Positions 1 to 13,424 are shown, numbered from the stretch's first letter. The stretch: DNA of 64,000 nt from Microbotryum violaceum (GCA_001244265.2 CDLV01000008.1:2170001-2234000); one strand, 5' to 3'. Notes: generated by a model from the sequence alone, not told the origin. Made by a program: numbers and translations.

Positions 1-3000
1 TTTGTCCGAGCACTCGGATGCGGATCGCGTAGATGTTGGCGATGATCTGAGGCGAAATGTGCGCAACGGATCAGTTTCGTGGGTCATCAACCCACATTTC
101 ACGAAAACTCGCACTTACCCGATTGATGACGACGGCCAATGCACCGGCCGCACTGAAGCACGACATGGCATGGACCTTGGCCTGCGGATAAGCCCTAGTC
201 GGCACCGCCTCGCTCTCCGGCGATTTGGGCGGACAAGTCCATTCCGTACCATCCGGCCGCAAGGGTACGAACTGCTCATGCTCGTCGGGTTCGTCCTCGC
301 TTGGGAAGGAGGTGTCGTAGTCGCGTTCGTGGATCGTCCCAGGCCGACCGATGTACGAGGCCGTGTACCGATCGAGGATGATGCAGCCCCACCAGACGCG
401 TTTGCGGGTCTGTTTCTCTTCGTGCGAGAAGCGTTGAACGGGGAGGAACCATTTCTCGACGTCGCGAAAAAGACCCAGGTCTTGGGCCATGCGGATCGCT
501 GAGAAACGTAAAGTTAAATCAGTACCTACCTCACAAGAACATGCAGCCCAGTCCAACCGCAAACTCGCCCATGCCAGTATACAACCAACTGGACGACATG
601 GCCCCCGTCCCAATCTCGCGGTACGCCAACAACAACAACGATTGCACCGTCACCAATCTACTCGAGCCGTAATCGTAATCGAGCAACTTCTTGGCCCTCT
701 CCAAGTACACATCCCCGGCTGTCCAGTACTTGCCCTCTGTTCGATCACCGTCCAGATCAGAATATCGAGCGGCGAGAGCGAACATGGAAAGCAAGAGGAC
801 GAGAGGGATTTTATTGATACCGGTATTGTCGGGTCGAGTATCCGTTTCAGGATGGGACATGCGATGACGGTACCCTCGGAGGAACGAAACTTTGTACACG
901 ATGGGGAAGTGAGGATGCACGTAGGTCCAGTACAGGTCGAGGAGGTGCTGTTGTGCAGCCTTGTCCGGCAAGGCATCTTCGGCGATGTCGAGGCCGAGGA
1001 TCTCGCGTTCGGTCTTGCGCACGCGGCCATCGGCTGGCGGCCATACACCGGCCGAGGGGAAGGACCAGAAAAAGTCTGCACGGAGCACCCGAGGAACAAT
1101 GATGAGGATTCGTGTGCCCTAAGGCGCAGTAGCACCAAAGTGGGCGACTCACCCTTATACCTCGCACTCTTGGAGATCAAATACAACCCGCTCGACCTCC
1201 CATGGTACCTCACCTCTGAATTCTCATTCAAACTCAGTTGCCCGACGACATCTGCCAATTCCGACATGCTCGACATGGCCTCCGACTCGCCCGGATTGGC
1301 CCCTCCCGAAGGACTTAGCTCGGCATCCGCGCTCAAGCTGTACGATGCTGTGCCCGTATGTCCGACTTGGCGCGTATTGAGATGACCTTGGTTCGTTTGC
1401 TGGCCGAAACCAAAAGCGAAGCTTTTGAGCTCGTCGACGTTGGCACCGACGAGGTTCGAGGTGCCGGTCAGCGGGGATTGGTGATTCAAACGACGACGTT
1501 GTCGAGGAGAAGAAGCGGCGCCGGCGGCACCCGCTGCGCCGGCGCTACCAGCTTCGGTCAAGTGGGGCATGGGGATGGGGAGCGAACCAGCGCTCGTGGA
1601 AAGGACCGGTCGCTGGCCCATGTCGATGCCGGCACCGAACGGGCCGGGCGATGCACCGTGGATGGAACCGCTCTCCTCTGATTCGGCCTTGCTGCTCACC
1701 CGCGGCCCACCGAAGCCGGAAGGATCCAATGCGAGCGACGTGCCGACTCCACCGCCCACGAGACCAGTCATGTTCGTCCCGAACGCGAGATCGTCGTCGT
1801 GGAACCACGAAGGTCGAGTGTTGAAATCGAGCCCAGGAGTCTGGGCAGCCGCGGTCGATGTCGAGGCGGGAAATACAGCGGGTGCGGCTTCCTCGGCTCT
1901 CTTCCATGACTTACGCGGTTTCGCACCCGGTGCTGCGGTCGACGCAGCTTTGAGGTCGTTGGTCAAGACGTCGCGGGCTTCCTCGTCGCCTGAGAGAGAG
2001 AGCGCACGGGTGCATTCGTCAGCTCGCTCGGGGGACGCGACAGCTCCTGAAACCACGCGAGGTTCCACCCACGCACCTATCAGTTCACCCAACAAAGTCT
2101 GTGCCCTCGGATCGTCGTTTTGCAACAATCCACCCAGCAACGCCTCCATGCGATGCAGCCTCGACTCGATCGCCTCGATGTCTGTGGGTGTGCGCGCTCG
2201 CGCGTCAGTTTTCAAAGCGTCTCGGTACAAGCACCCTAGTGACTACATTGGGACCGAGTGGACGCACATCCTTTTGGAGGACCCCTATCGGAATCAAATA
2301 AAACGCATGATCAGCTTCGCATCGCCAAGATGCGCATACCCCAGCCGAGCCGCGGCTTGACCCGTGGGAGCTGAGCGCAGGGCGTAGCTGAACGTTCGAT
2401 CGCGGGTAGGGAGGAAGGACTTACCGCTTACGCGACGCGCCGTTGTAAGTGCATTCGGTGCTGGCCTGGAGGCAATTCTCGCACACGCCGACCGGATGGC
2501 CCGTCTCGGGGTCAATCGGTCGGGCGCACTTGCATTTCGATTTGCGGCAGCTGTGTGGGGTTGGCCGGGGATCGGAGTACGGGAGGGGGTCGGTCGGTCG
2601 GTCGGTTGGTCGGTCGATTTCCGTGTGTGGGGTTGATCAGGCCGGGGTAAAAGTGCGGGTGTACGGAGCGCGCGCACGGAGCAATAGGTTCGGTAGCACA
2701 TGATAAAACGAGAGGAACAGTCAGCAAGCTGTAAAGCATCCCAGATAGCCCAAACCGTTCTGTACTAACTTGTCACCTGTCGAAGCAAGAGAGATGCCGA
2801 GGGATCGATCAGCCAAGCGCAATGACCGGTGGTGAGCGGGCCACCACTCGCCGGTCTCGTCCCGGACATGCCGCGGTCAAGGCGAACGTACAGGCTTTAC
2901 TACTCCTCCTCTTGATGTCCTTCTCTTCCTCCGCAGTCAGAGCGAGCGCATCCTTCCTGCTCGTACTCGTGCCGCCGGTGCTCTTGGTGTTGCTGGTCGC

Positions 3001-3177
3001 GGGGGCTTTGCCTTTGCCCTTGAGCGACGACGATTTGTTGAGCCCGCTCCCGCTGGTAGACGCACCACCACCACTGGGGACATTGACCGCGTCTACTGCT
3101 GCTCCTCCTCCTGTATCCGACATGTCGCTGTACAAATCACTCGCCTCGTCTTGGTCTGGATCTTGGAACGGCGACAT
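1..3177 (-). CDS. Zn(II)2Cys6 fungal transcription factor with Fungal_trans domain (3' end runs off the window; multi-exon)
   Basis: Manual splicing gives KRRSSKA-CDNCRKSKCKC-x14-CENCLQASTEC; downstream exons give LLDLYWTYVHPHFPIV, SSRLVTVQSLLLLAY and AIRMAQDLGLFRD...RKRVWWGCIILDR, typical of the middle homology region. Confidence 0.92.
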
Positions 3178-4518
3178 GATTGCACACACACGCACACACC
3201 GTGTGAAAGTCGGATGCTTAGGAAAGGCTGGACCGTTGCAACGATGATCTGTGCCCGGCAGTGGGTGGAGTTCGAAACGCGCCCGATCGTGTGGGACGGA
3301 CAAGGACCGAGCCGCCAAATGACGATGGCCGCAAAGCAGCCCAGCCGCGCGGCATGTGAAGTCAAGAAACGTTCCAACGTTTTTTCAGGACCGTTGCCCG
3401 AATCGTAAACGGATCGGATCGGAATTACAACTCCGTTAGTGAAGAACAAGCTGCAGTAGTGGGGAAGGCGAAAATTAGGGGGATAGGAGATCCCATCTCA
3501 ACGTCGTCAACGGTGAATTCTCCTGCTTCGACACCGGTAATCGATGATCTAGTGGAATAGACCGAGGACATCGTACCTATTAAGCCCGCCCCCCTGAACA
3601 ACCAAATCGTGGACAAACCCGTTTTTCGACAGGGAAGGCCGGGCCTAGCACGGACCTTCTCGAGACCTCGGGAGTTTCATGTAAGCGGGCAGTTTGAGTC
3701 CCACACTTGCTTTCCGTCGATCGAGGCCTGCGTTCGTAGAGGCTTCAAGACCAATTTGAAGCCCCTGGCGGGAACTCTCGTCGGCAGGGGCGGGAACTCT
3801 CGTCGGTTTCGTCTCGCGGGCGAATTGGCTTAACAGCTCCTTCTTGACACCCACAAAGAGTCGGCGATGACTGAGAACAGTGCTCGGGATAGCCATCAAG
3901 TTTGGACCGACCAATCTAAGGTAGTGAGTGGGCTGCGGTCAATAATGCTCCACGATTGCAGTGGTGGCAAGGTCTCGCCGGTGACGCTTTTGCCGGCGCC
4001 TAGTGATCGTAGTAGCTTCGGCACCTCTGGGGACTCGTGCAATGGTTCTTGGGAGGTCGTGAGGGTCAAGATTAGAGGTGAGATTGACTTAAAATGAGAG
4101 TGTCACACGCGCTTATGACTTGTGGTTGAAGTAGTGTCCAAAATCGCAAGGATCGCGGTTGCCAAATCCGCGCCAACAAGAAAAAAAACTGCTCGAAACG
4201 TGCCAGAAGGTGCCTAGATCATTTGCCTACCTCGTTGCCTAGACGTCAAAGGCATGTCGCTGACAAAGCTCACTCCATTCAGAGATGAAGGACTTTTCAC
4301 CGAAAGAGGCGGTTGTTGTCGATCTAGTAATCCGTCGCTAGAAATTACCTTAATTGCAAACCCTATTACGTCGCCTTACCAAACCTTGAATTCGGACCTG
4401 CCCATCTCTAATCCCGCCTCTGTACGCTCCGATTGAACCCGAAACGACCGCTTCCGAGTCGCCGCGCGTCCGCTTCATTCCCCCCCCCCCCCCCCGGAAG
4501 AAAGCAACCCTATTCGAA

Positions 4519-5172
4519 ATGGCCGTTCCCGTTATCCAAGGCATGCTCAAGAAGCACGTGAGTAACTCTACACCCTTCCAATCGCTATATAGAGGTTTAC
4601 CAAAAAGGAGGAACTGACACCCGAGACTTTACCCTCTTCTTTCCCGCCCCCCCCGCGTCCACCCTATTCCATTCTCCAACTCGACTCGATTCGATAAGGC
4701 GCTCACCCATCTTTCTATTGCAATTGCTGGTGGTACGGTTGCGGGTTACGCATGGTGGTCAGTCTCTGTTTCGATATTCCCCCCTTCGAAGGAGGTTCTA
4801 CGGATCCGCTAGGCCGAGCCTTGACGTGATTACTTGTTAGGCGTACTCTTGCCCCCTCCACTGAGGAACTATTGACTGATTCTCGGTTTCAATGCTATAG
4901 GTACACCTTTCATGTACCCAAAGTAGCTCGTCGTGATGCATGGCAAGTAAACTCTCTCTCTACACACACCCCACTCCCGCTTTGCAGCTGCGTCTTCCAA
5001 GTGACCCCCGTCCAGTAGGCGAGGGAGGAGATGGGTCACCCTTTAACGCGAGGAGCATTTTACACGATGAATGAATTATACGGACAACTAATTCAGTGTG
5101 GGGTTTGGGTTTGGGCGTTTTGTTTTGAATAGGTACTTGGAGCAACAAAAGTTGAAGGAGGCGTCCGCATAA
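4519..5172 (+). CDS. COX9: Cytochrome c oxidase subunit VIIa (Cox9), four exons
   Basis: Spliced product MAVPVIQGMLKKHALTHLSIAIAGGTVAGYAWWYTFHVPKVARRDAWYLEQQKLKEASA: short, one TM helix, matches the fungal Cox9 pattern. Absent from the ORF track. Confidence 0.85.
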
Positions 5173-5461
5173 GTTAAAAGATGGAGGCAATGGGTCCAGT
5201 ACTACGGAAGCGCATTCCTGATTGGGTCGTTGATTTTTAGGAGGACAGGACAGGACAGGGAACGGGAGGAGATTTGAGTTCGTTTAAATGTTGGGGTGCA
5301 ACGAATCCGTTTATTCAGAATATCTCATGAGGCTGGGTTGGGTTGGGAGAGGCAGAGAGCCGAGACAGACTGAACAGGGAAGGGGACGGATTTGGGAGCC
5401 CACCGCGAGCAGTTGTTCTTACAGAGAACGAAGATAGATATCCATTCTAGCGGTCTCCAGA

Positions 5462-6917
5462 TTACATCATCCCCCCCAGTCGACATTTCGGCATCCTAAA
5501 GGGCCCTACATCCCCCCAATACTTCTTCCCCTCCCTCGTCGCTTCCCATACACCTTCCCCGATACCCACCTCCACTTCCTCCCACTGCGTATCCAACCCA
5601 ATCTCTTTGAGATGAATCTCACTCACTTCGGTATAAACGTCATAAAAAGATCGGGAGGTAGCTCCTAGACCATGGAAGAAGGAGAAACGAGAAGAGGTAT
5701 CGCGTAACCAATCGGGGAGGACGTCAAAGAATTGGTGTAGGTCCGAGTAGTGTTCGGAATAAGTGTCAAAGTAGATCGCGTCAAAGGCGAGGTAAGGTTC
5801 GGTTTCGTTAGATAGGGCGAGTTGGTATTGTTGCCAGGTGCCGTGGAAGAAACGGACGTTGGGTTTGCTGAACCAGCCTTGGGAAGAGGCAAAGGCTAAG
5901 ACGTCGGGGTGCGGTTCGATGATGAGGTGTGTGGTGGGGCGATAGGTTTGGAGATAGGTGTCGATCTGGTGAAGGATATAAGGCATCAGTTGGTCTGATC
6001 GTTGCGGGCCGTCTCCTACGGTCACTTACAATCCCTAAACCAAACCCAACATTTAACACCACCAACTCCTCTTCCTCTTCCTCCAGTGCTTTCTGCTTCC
6101 CCTTCCCGCCAGACCCCTGCCTGCGATGCTCAAACGGCTCACACAACCATTCAGCCGTCCTCTTCATGATGGGTTCCTCCCATCCCATCATAACCCCATT
6201 CCCTTCCTCGTCCAAAGCGACGGCTTGACCTTTAGAATCATGGGTGAATTCGAGACGAGATGAGAGAAATGTCGCGTTATCCGAAGCGGTGGATTTCTTA
6301 ACCGGCTTCACAAAAACTGTTGAATCGTCTATTGGGAGATTCTCGTTGGGAGCAGTTTCGGATGCGGGTGATTCGATATTGTTATTGTTTGGAGTCATTA
6401 GCGATTTCAATAGTTCGGCTCGGACTCCTTCGGCTAACAGGACTTGGTAAGCTTCGGCATTGTTCATCGAGTAGGCGATATCACCCGCGGTCTATAAGTG
6501 GAGGAGTAAGGTGGTCAGGTTCGTTTGCAAATCTTATCTAGAAAGTGAGTCGACTCACGAAACCGAGATGATCGACCATATTCCAAACCGCGTTACTTTT
6601 CCTCAACAAGAACGTACACAACTCTGCCTGACCCGAAGCTAGTACACAAGCGCCAGGAAGAAAGGGGGCCGAGGGTTTTTTTTTTTTTGAGTCGCCGACT
6701 CGGACACCTGTTTATTACTAGGAACCTCGACCCTCTATTGAAACTCACCTGCGGCAGCGTGTAAGGCGGTCCAACCTTGTCGATCTTGTACCCAACTATG
6801 CACCTGACTTTGCTCGACTAAGAGTTTGATACGGTTCAGATCGGAGGAGGAAATGATGTCTAAGCAGGCGGTGATGAGAGCTTCGGCATCGCGTTGGTCT
6901 TGAGGGGTGAAATCCAT
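5462..6917 (-). CDS. RMT2: Protein arginine N-methyltransferase 2 (ankyrin-like N-terminus plus GAMT-like domain)
   Basis: GWTALHAAA, GNGVMMGWEEPIM, VLNVGFGLGI, HLIIEPHPDVL, FDAIYFDTYSEHY, FSFFHGLGA motifs. Confidence 0.92.
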
Positions 6918-7324
6918 ATTCGTGGAGGAGGAGAGGAGGGAGAACGTTCCTGGGATCAGAGTTGAGCTTTCTACATGGTGTTTGAGGGGCATTCTCAAGG
7001 GGGCGTAATCAAGGGCGACGGGATGGGTCGGAGAGATGTGCGACGCCAGTAGAGGTGCCACGGCTGCGATGGGTCTCCATTGACTGATTGACACTTTGCT
7101 CGATAAGTGCCAAGTTGCGTCCGGTGTATATATTTTTCAGAGGAGGCCAACTTGCGCTGGGTTTTGAGTCGACAGAAAAGCAGGTCCACACTGCACATGA
7201 TTGTCCTAAAATGCTAGGATGCCCACACGTTTCGACAAAATGAAACCCCCTGAGCCTGAGGAAGAATGACTTGTTTGAAAGTCTCTCCCGCGGCGGCGAC
7301 ACGGGCTCAGCTCGACCGCGCTGA

Positions 7325-7363
7325 TAGTAGCTGGTATTAGTAGCTGGTATTAGTAGCTGGTAG
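7325..7363. repeat. 13-bp tandem repeat (TAGTAGCTGGTAT, ~3 copies) in the RMT2/PRP4 divergent intergenic region
   Basis: tagtagctggtat tagtagctggtat tagtagctggtag read directly. Confidence 0.8.
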
Positions 7364-7777
7364 TGCGCTAATAGTACAACTCTGCCCTGCTGGCGCCGAA
7401 CTGTGAGCGCGTATCTTTGTCGCTCGAGACGGGTTGGGACTGAGCAAAGCGACACCAAGCCCGAACGACAAGCAAGCACAACGCTCAACTCGTGTCGACA
7501 CGGGAGATTGTCCGCTTACCGCGACCCAATTCATCCATCACCTCTATTCGCTCGCTCGCCGTCTCCGTCTCTTCGCTCGGGTGATCATCCGCACGCTCTG
7601 CTTCTGCTACACCGCTATTTAACCGGAGCAAACATACTTTTGACCCGTCGTCGACCCAAGCATAGCTCACCGCCGTACTGCAACCAACCCCCCTTGAAGG
7701 GAACCTAACACGCCCAACCCAACCCATTTCCATCTTCCCCTCTCCCCTCTCTTCCCCCTTCTTCCCCCCCTCGCACC

Positions 7778-9668
7778 ATGTCCAACTCCAATACGAACCC
7801 CACTCCCAACTCCCTCGATTTCGACACGCTCGAATCAATCCCCTTTGACCTATCAGACGTGAACGAATCCCATCCTGAAACGGCTCTCTTACTAGCCGAA
7901 TTGGATCGTAAGAAATCGAATCGATCACTTTACGTACCCACGAATGATTTAGAGGTTAGGAATAAGTTGAGATTGGTAGGGGAACCTGTTTGTTTGTTTG
8001 GGGAGAGAGCGGAGGATAGGAGGGATAGGTTGAGGGAGGTTTTGGGGAGGAGGAGGGAGGAGGAGAAGAGGAGGAGGAAAGAGAGGAGGGGTAGTTGGGT
8101 TGGGAGTAGTGGTGAGAGCAGCGACGAGGAGGAGAGAGAGGGTAGTCAGGACGGTGAGGAGCACGAGGAGGAGGAAGAATTTTATACAGAGGGGTCGATC
8201 GAGTTGAAAGAGGCGAGGAGGAGGATCGCGCAATATTCCTTGCCGAGGTCCGTTCGTCGACTTGAACGAGACTCTTAGATCACGGGGGGAGAAACTGACT
8301 CTTTCGTCGTACGCTTTCCCCCAAAACAGAGCCCAATCGCGCATCCAAGCTCAACGTCTTGAAGCGAACGTCAAATTAGGCCGACTGATGGACGTCCGAC
8401 GCGCCGTCTTTGGCCAACTCAAACAATTCACCAACCTCGGTTCACAAATCGGCGATACCCGACCTCTGGGACCGCTCAAGTTTTCTCCCGATGGTACGAT
8501 CTTGTTGACGAGTAGTTGGACCGGGACGGCTAAATTGTGGAGCGTTCCGAGTTGTAAAGAAGTACGGACGTTGAAAGGTGCGTCGTTTCGTTCGGATCGC
8601 GGCGACGAGGCAGATCTGGCAAGCGGAAAAGCTGACGCTCCTTTCTCGGGCCTACGGTGAAATTCTCACAGCCCACAAGGAACGGATAGGTGGGGTTGCT
8701 TGGCATTCGAGTGCGACGATTGGGCAATCGACCGCGAGTGTAAATTTCGCGACCAGTGGCGCGGACAAGGAGATCAAATTGTGGAATTTGGAAAAGTGAG
8801 CGCAGTGCTCTTCCGGTTCTCTGCACTTTCTCGAAACTAATCCCGTGTCTGGGCCCCCTTCTCTCATCACCTCCACAGCACCGAGTCCCTCGCCACTTTA
8901 ACTGGACACTCTGCGCGCGTATCTCGCATCGCGTTTCATCCTTCAGGCGAATACCTAGGATCCGCCTCTTACGACGGTACCTTTCGCCTCTGGTCCGTCG
9001 AAACGTCTACCGAACTCTTACTCCAAGAAGGCCATTCCAAAGAAGTCTATTCGCTCGCTTTCCAACCCGACGGTTCTCTAGCTTGTACAGGTGGTCTAGA
9101 CGCCATTGGTCGAGTATGGGATTTACGTTCGGGAAGATCGGCGATGGTTTTGGATGGTCATGTTAAGGACGTTTTGAGTATGGATTTTGCGCCGAATGGT
9201 CATCAAATCGTTAGTGGATCGAATGATGATACGATTAGGGTATGGGATTTAAGGGCACTCAAGAGTGTTTATACGATACCGGCGCATAAATCGGCAGTTG
9301 CTGAGGTCGCTTTCTTCAAAACTGGTGCGAGTCAAACGGGGCAAAGGAAGATTTTACCTAGGGGGTTCAAAACTTTGGGGGTGTTTGATTGGAACGAGGA
9401 GGCGAATAAGGACGTCAAGGGTCCGAATGAAGGCGAACAGGATATAGCGGACGTTCCTTTAAATGGGTTGTACCTCGTTTCGGGAGGTTACGATGGCACG
9501 GTCAAAATTTGGAGTGCGGACGATTGGCAATTGGTTAAAACTTTGACCGCCGATTCGGAGGGTAAAGTTATGGGCGTTGATGTTAGTCCCGATGCGAGAT
9601 TCATCGCTTCGAGTGAATATTCGAGGACTTTTAAACTTTGGTCAACGCCCGAGGTTGATTTGGTTTAG
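7778..9668 (+). CDS. PRP4: U4/U6 snRNP protein Prp4 (PRP4 motif plus WD40 repeats)
   Basis: VPTNDLEVRNKLRLVGEPVCLFGERAEDRRDRLR, EEFYTEGS, GSQIGDTRP, several GH...WD repeats. Confidence 0.95.
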
Positions 9669-9759
9669 GGTGGGATGAAATGATAAAAACAATGAAGCAG
9701 TGGGAACTTTTTCGTATATCGTTCCTCAACTCAGTCCCTATATCTTCGCCTCTCAGACT

Positions 9760-11578
9760 TTACTGCATATCCTTTCCCCCTTCCTCCTGCTGCTCTTCCT
9801 CCACGACCATGTCCGGAAACACTTCCTCGAAAGCCTCCCCTACAAAATTCAACATGTCACTAGTCTGCATCGCCCTCTTTTTCTTCTCGAACGTGAGACG
9901 GGAAGCCGTACGAGTGATGGTCGACGCGGCATAAGCTGCGAGCCTAGGGATTTCGAATTCGGTTATGGGATCACTGTGGAACGTGAAGAAGAGATCGCAC
10001 CCCAGAGTCAATCAATCTCCCTAACCAGGCCTACTCGATTCGGGAAATCGTCCACTTCCTCACCTTTTTTTCTCCCCTACCCTAGCTTCGCCTTGTTGCT
10101 TTTGTAAATAACTCAAACCCCAAGCCAAGAAACACCCAACCGCACCACTCAAAACATCCCCTTGACCACCACACCTTCTTAAACTTCCCTTCGTCTCATT
10201 GATCCAGGCTTGTTCTTCCTTGTCGTTATTGACTATTCGATCGACAGTACCTTTTTCGAGTACGGTCACACCTCCCAAGGCCTTGGCGAGTTTTCCAGCG
10301 AGTAAGGAAGGGTCCGAGGTGGAAGAATCGGTATCGAGGTTCTTTGGGGTGGGGGTGATGTACGCAAGCTTAGTTGGGGTGGGTCAAACTGAGGTGCGCT
10401 CGCCGGGAGGACTCACGACGGCTTTGCACAACCTCTTGAACTCGACGACGTTAGGTGTTAATACGGCTTTGGGGTAACCTTGAATCAGTTTGGGATCGGA
10501 TTGGACGAGCCAAAGACCGTCGGCGTCGATGATGATGAAGAGACCTTTTTTACGGGCGAGGGAGATCGCCGTTCGGGCGGCGAGTTGCATGTGGTTTGAG
10601 CGACCGAGACTGGTGCAAAAGTGCAGTGCAGTGAGGGAAGGGGATTCAGTTCTGGGAGGTGGGTGGGCTTTGTGAGGAAAGAAAGTCTCCGCTCTCACCC
10701 CGGTCCGATGACGAGAACATGCAGTCGCGGTAAAAGCGATTCGAACAGGTTGGTCAAGGAGGCTTCGGTCCTGTGAGGTCCAGGATCAGATAACCACTGA
10801 GCTGAGTTGAGCATGATTGATCTCGTCGGCGGCGGTCTGTTGATGGTTCGACACTCACGAGCCTTGGACGAGGTCGGTGTGCACGATCAAATCGGGGGAG
10901 TAGGTCTTGACGATGTCTGGGGTTTATGAGGAGGATGAGATTAGGTGCACTCGTTTTCAGAGACGGATTGCATTGTTTTTTCTTTTTCCGAAGGGACCTA
11001 CTTCCGGCTGATGGTTCACAAATCACGTGGGCGAGATCGGCGCCCTGAGCGAGAGGGGGGGGGGGGGCGGTGGTATAGATCTTCACAGTCAGTCGACTGG
11101 TCCCCATGGCATGAGCTCAACAAGCTCCAACAACGAATACTCACCAGCCTCAGCGTAGTCATGGAAGAGAAGAACGGTGCACCCGAATAACTACACGCCA
11201 AAATCAAAGATCGGTCCTCGATGAGCTCGACGCCTTATCGGGACACTGTCGAGGTGGACGTACTCCTGTGAACCGCCTACGACGGCGATACGACCTGCTT
11301 GGCCTTTGTGGAGTGTAGGGGAGAGAGGTGGGACGAGGCGCTGGCAGCGGGCGAGGATCTGGTGGGATGGGCAGGGGAGCGTTCAGCGTCACGGTCAGGG
11401 TCACAGTCAGGGTCACAGTCAGGGTCAGGGGTCAGATCAGTGGGAGTGACGTCGATGACGTTGGTGGGGGGGAGCGGAGACGCAGCTGCCAAGCGCAGAC
11501 GGTGTGTGGAGGGTGCCTCGGAGTCGGCTGTATGGGGTGAGAAGCGGCAAGGTGTCTTACCTGTCGATGAGAGGGCAT
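9760..11578 (-). CDS. ATP-dependent (S)-NAD(P)H-hydrate dehydratase (YjeF-C/CARKD family), multi-exon
   Basis: PPLSPTLHKGQAGRIAVVGGS, YSGAPFFS, GADLAHVIC, IIIDADGLWLV, VLTPNVVEFKRL, RRCGGQGDVLSG. Confidence 0.93.
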
Positions 11579-11789
11579 GGTCAAAGTAGGTACAGAGCTT
11601 GGGAGGTGGTCAGAGAAGAAGCGGCTACGAGTTCAGGTGCGACCCGCTTCGAGCGCTCCGAGTCGGTCTTGCCAGGTCTTGCCGACGGACGACAGCCTGC
11701 GCGCGGCACCGAGCTGCCGATATTAACTTGCAGCAAGGAAACCCCCAAGAAATTTCAATGCTGACTACTACTTTTCCTCGACTAGACGA

Positions 11790-11852
11790 CACGAGCAAGA
11801 AAACTGCTCGACTACACGAGCATGAAAACTGCTCGACTACACGAGCATGAAA
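11790..11852. repeat. 25-bp tandem repeat (GAAAACTGCTCGACTACACGAGCAT, ~2.5 copies) in a divergent promoter
   Basis: Two near-identical consecutive copies preceded by a partial one, read directly. Confidence 0.8.
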
Positions 11853-13424
11853 GCCGCCGTAGATGCTGTCCCTTCTCCCGAGCAGTCCCTAGCCTGGTCT
11901 AACCCGCATTACCCAATTTCACGAGCAAAGTATATAAAGCCCGGCACAGCCGCTGCCGAATCGCGTTCCGGGACTTGGCACCGAACGCCCTTCTCCTCAC
12001 TCCACCTCGCCAACCCCAACTCGACCATCTACCATGACGACGACGACGACGCGGACCGTACCCCGCCACCGCTTCCACCCCGCGCTCGGACAGATTCCGA
12101 AGATTTGACCGCTTCGGACGTGCCTGATGAACCGCCGGTAAGGTCATACGGTCGCTCGGAGCACGGCCATATACTTGAGAGCGCTGACTTGGCGCCCTTC
12201 TGCCGCATTTAGCCAGCCTACGAGGCCCAACCCAACCCAGCGACCCAAGAACAAACTCTGCAATACGGTCCCTCCCGACCCTTTCAATCCGCAGATGCCA
12301 CGCCTCACCAACCCTACCCTCAGCATTATCATCATCATCAGCAGCAGCAGCAGCAGCAAAGCCAAGGACCTTATTCCCCTCCTCCTTCCTCTCTGCCGCC
12401 GCCCAACTTTCCCTTTTGGAATGGGCCTAACCTATCGCATCAACAGACGGGGTTCATGCCCGGACCTTTGAACCCACCACCGCAGCAAGTACAGCAGCAA
12501 GGAGGAGGAAGAGAAGGCAACGGTTGGGCTCCGCCGCCCCACCACCCCCACTCTTCCCCTCCTACCGCACCTACCTCCGCGACCTACGCTCCACCCACTT
12601 CCCCCCCCAAATTCCACAACCACCCCAACTCCTTCAACCCGAAGAACTACGAACCCACGACCGTCCCAACCGCAGGCCAACCGCTCCTCCGTAACAACCA
12701 TATCCTCGTCTATCCCATAGGCAAAGAGTCATGTCCAAAGTGTCACAACACGGGTTATAAACCTTTCGTAGGAACCGGTGGTGACGATCCGAATCATCCG
12801 TGTCGCAAAGTGAGCAAATTATTCAAGCAGGAGTTCGGAAACAAGGTTGTTGTGGACGTCGTCCTGATTTTGGATCCCTTCCCTTGTTCACAGTGTTGGG
12901 AGAAATTCGGTCGACCGTTCACTGGTGCGATTCGTATCGCCGCTACAGCAACGCCTACACCCCGAATTACCAAAGACCACTACGACTATCTTATAGGCCT
13001 CCTACGGGAGTCCAATTCGCCGGGGGGGTTTATCCAGGTGCGGTGTATCGACAGGCTCAAAGGCCCGGGATGATGCAACAGCAGGGGATGGGGATGGGGA
13101 TGGGGATGGGGAATACGTACGGTCAGCCGAACGCGGCATTCAATGCACCTTCGAGAATTCATGTCACTCATCAACCCCCGATCGGTGGTGGGGCAGTAGG
13201 TACGTTCGGTTAAATTATCTCCTTAGCTTCTCCTTTTGCAGTCCTCGAAATCAGAACTGATTCGGGTGGATTGCGGATTGTATCCCCTCGCAGTCCTACG
13301 ACCAGGTGATCCACGATTAGGAGGTGTGAGATGTTATCGTTGTGGTGGGGACGGTACGACATGGGGTATTTTTTTTCTGGAAGAGACGTGCGATTTGTGT
13401 AGAGGGGTCGGGAGGTTGTATTGA
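11847..13424 (+). CDS. Proline-rich HUA1-like zinc-binding protein (start uncertain)
   Basis: ILVYP...CPKCHNTGYK...PCRKCWEKF and VLRPGDPRLGGVRCYRCGGDG...CDLCRGVGRL; PPPAYE motif across intron 1. Confidence 0.8.

Noticed and set aside
489-2360. Long plus-strand ORFs (298 aa and 263 aa)
   Set aside because: Antisense shadows of the GC-rich transcription factor gene; the same applies to 42102-42932 and similar ORFs.
3425-4100. Possible small minus-strand gene between the transcription factor and COX9
   Set aside because: Short frames with no recognisable motif or convincing splice model.
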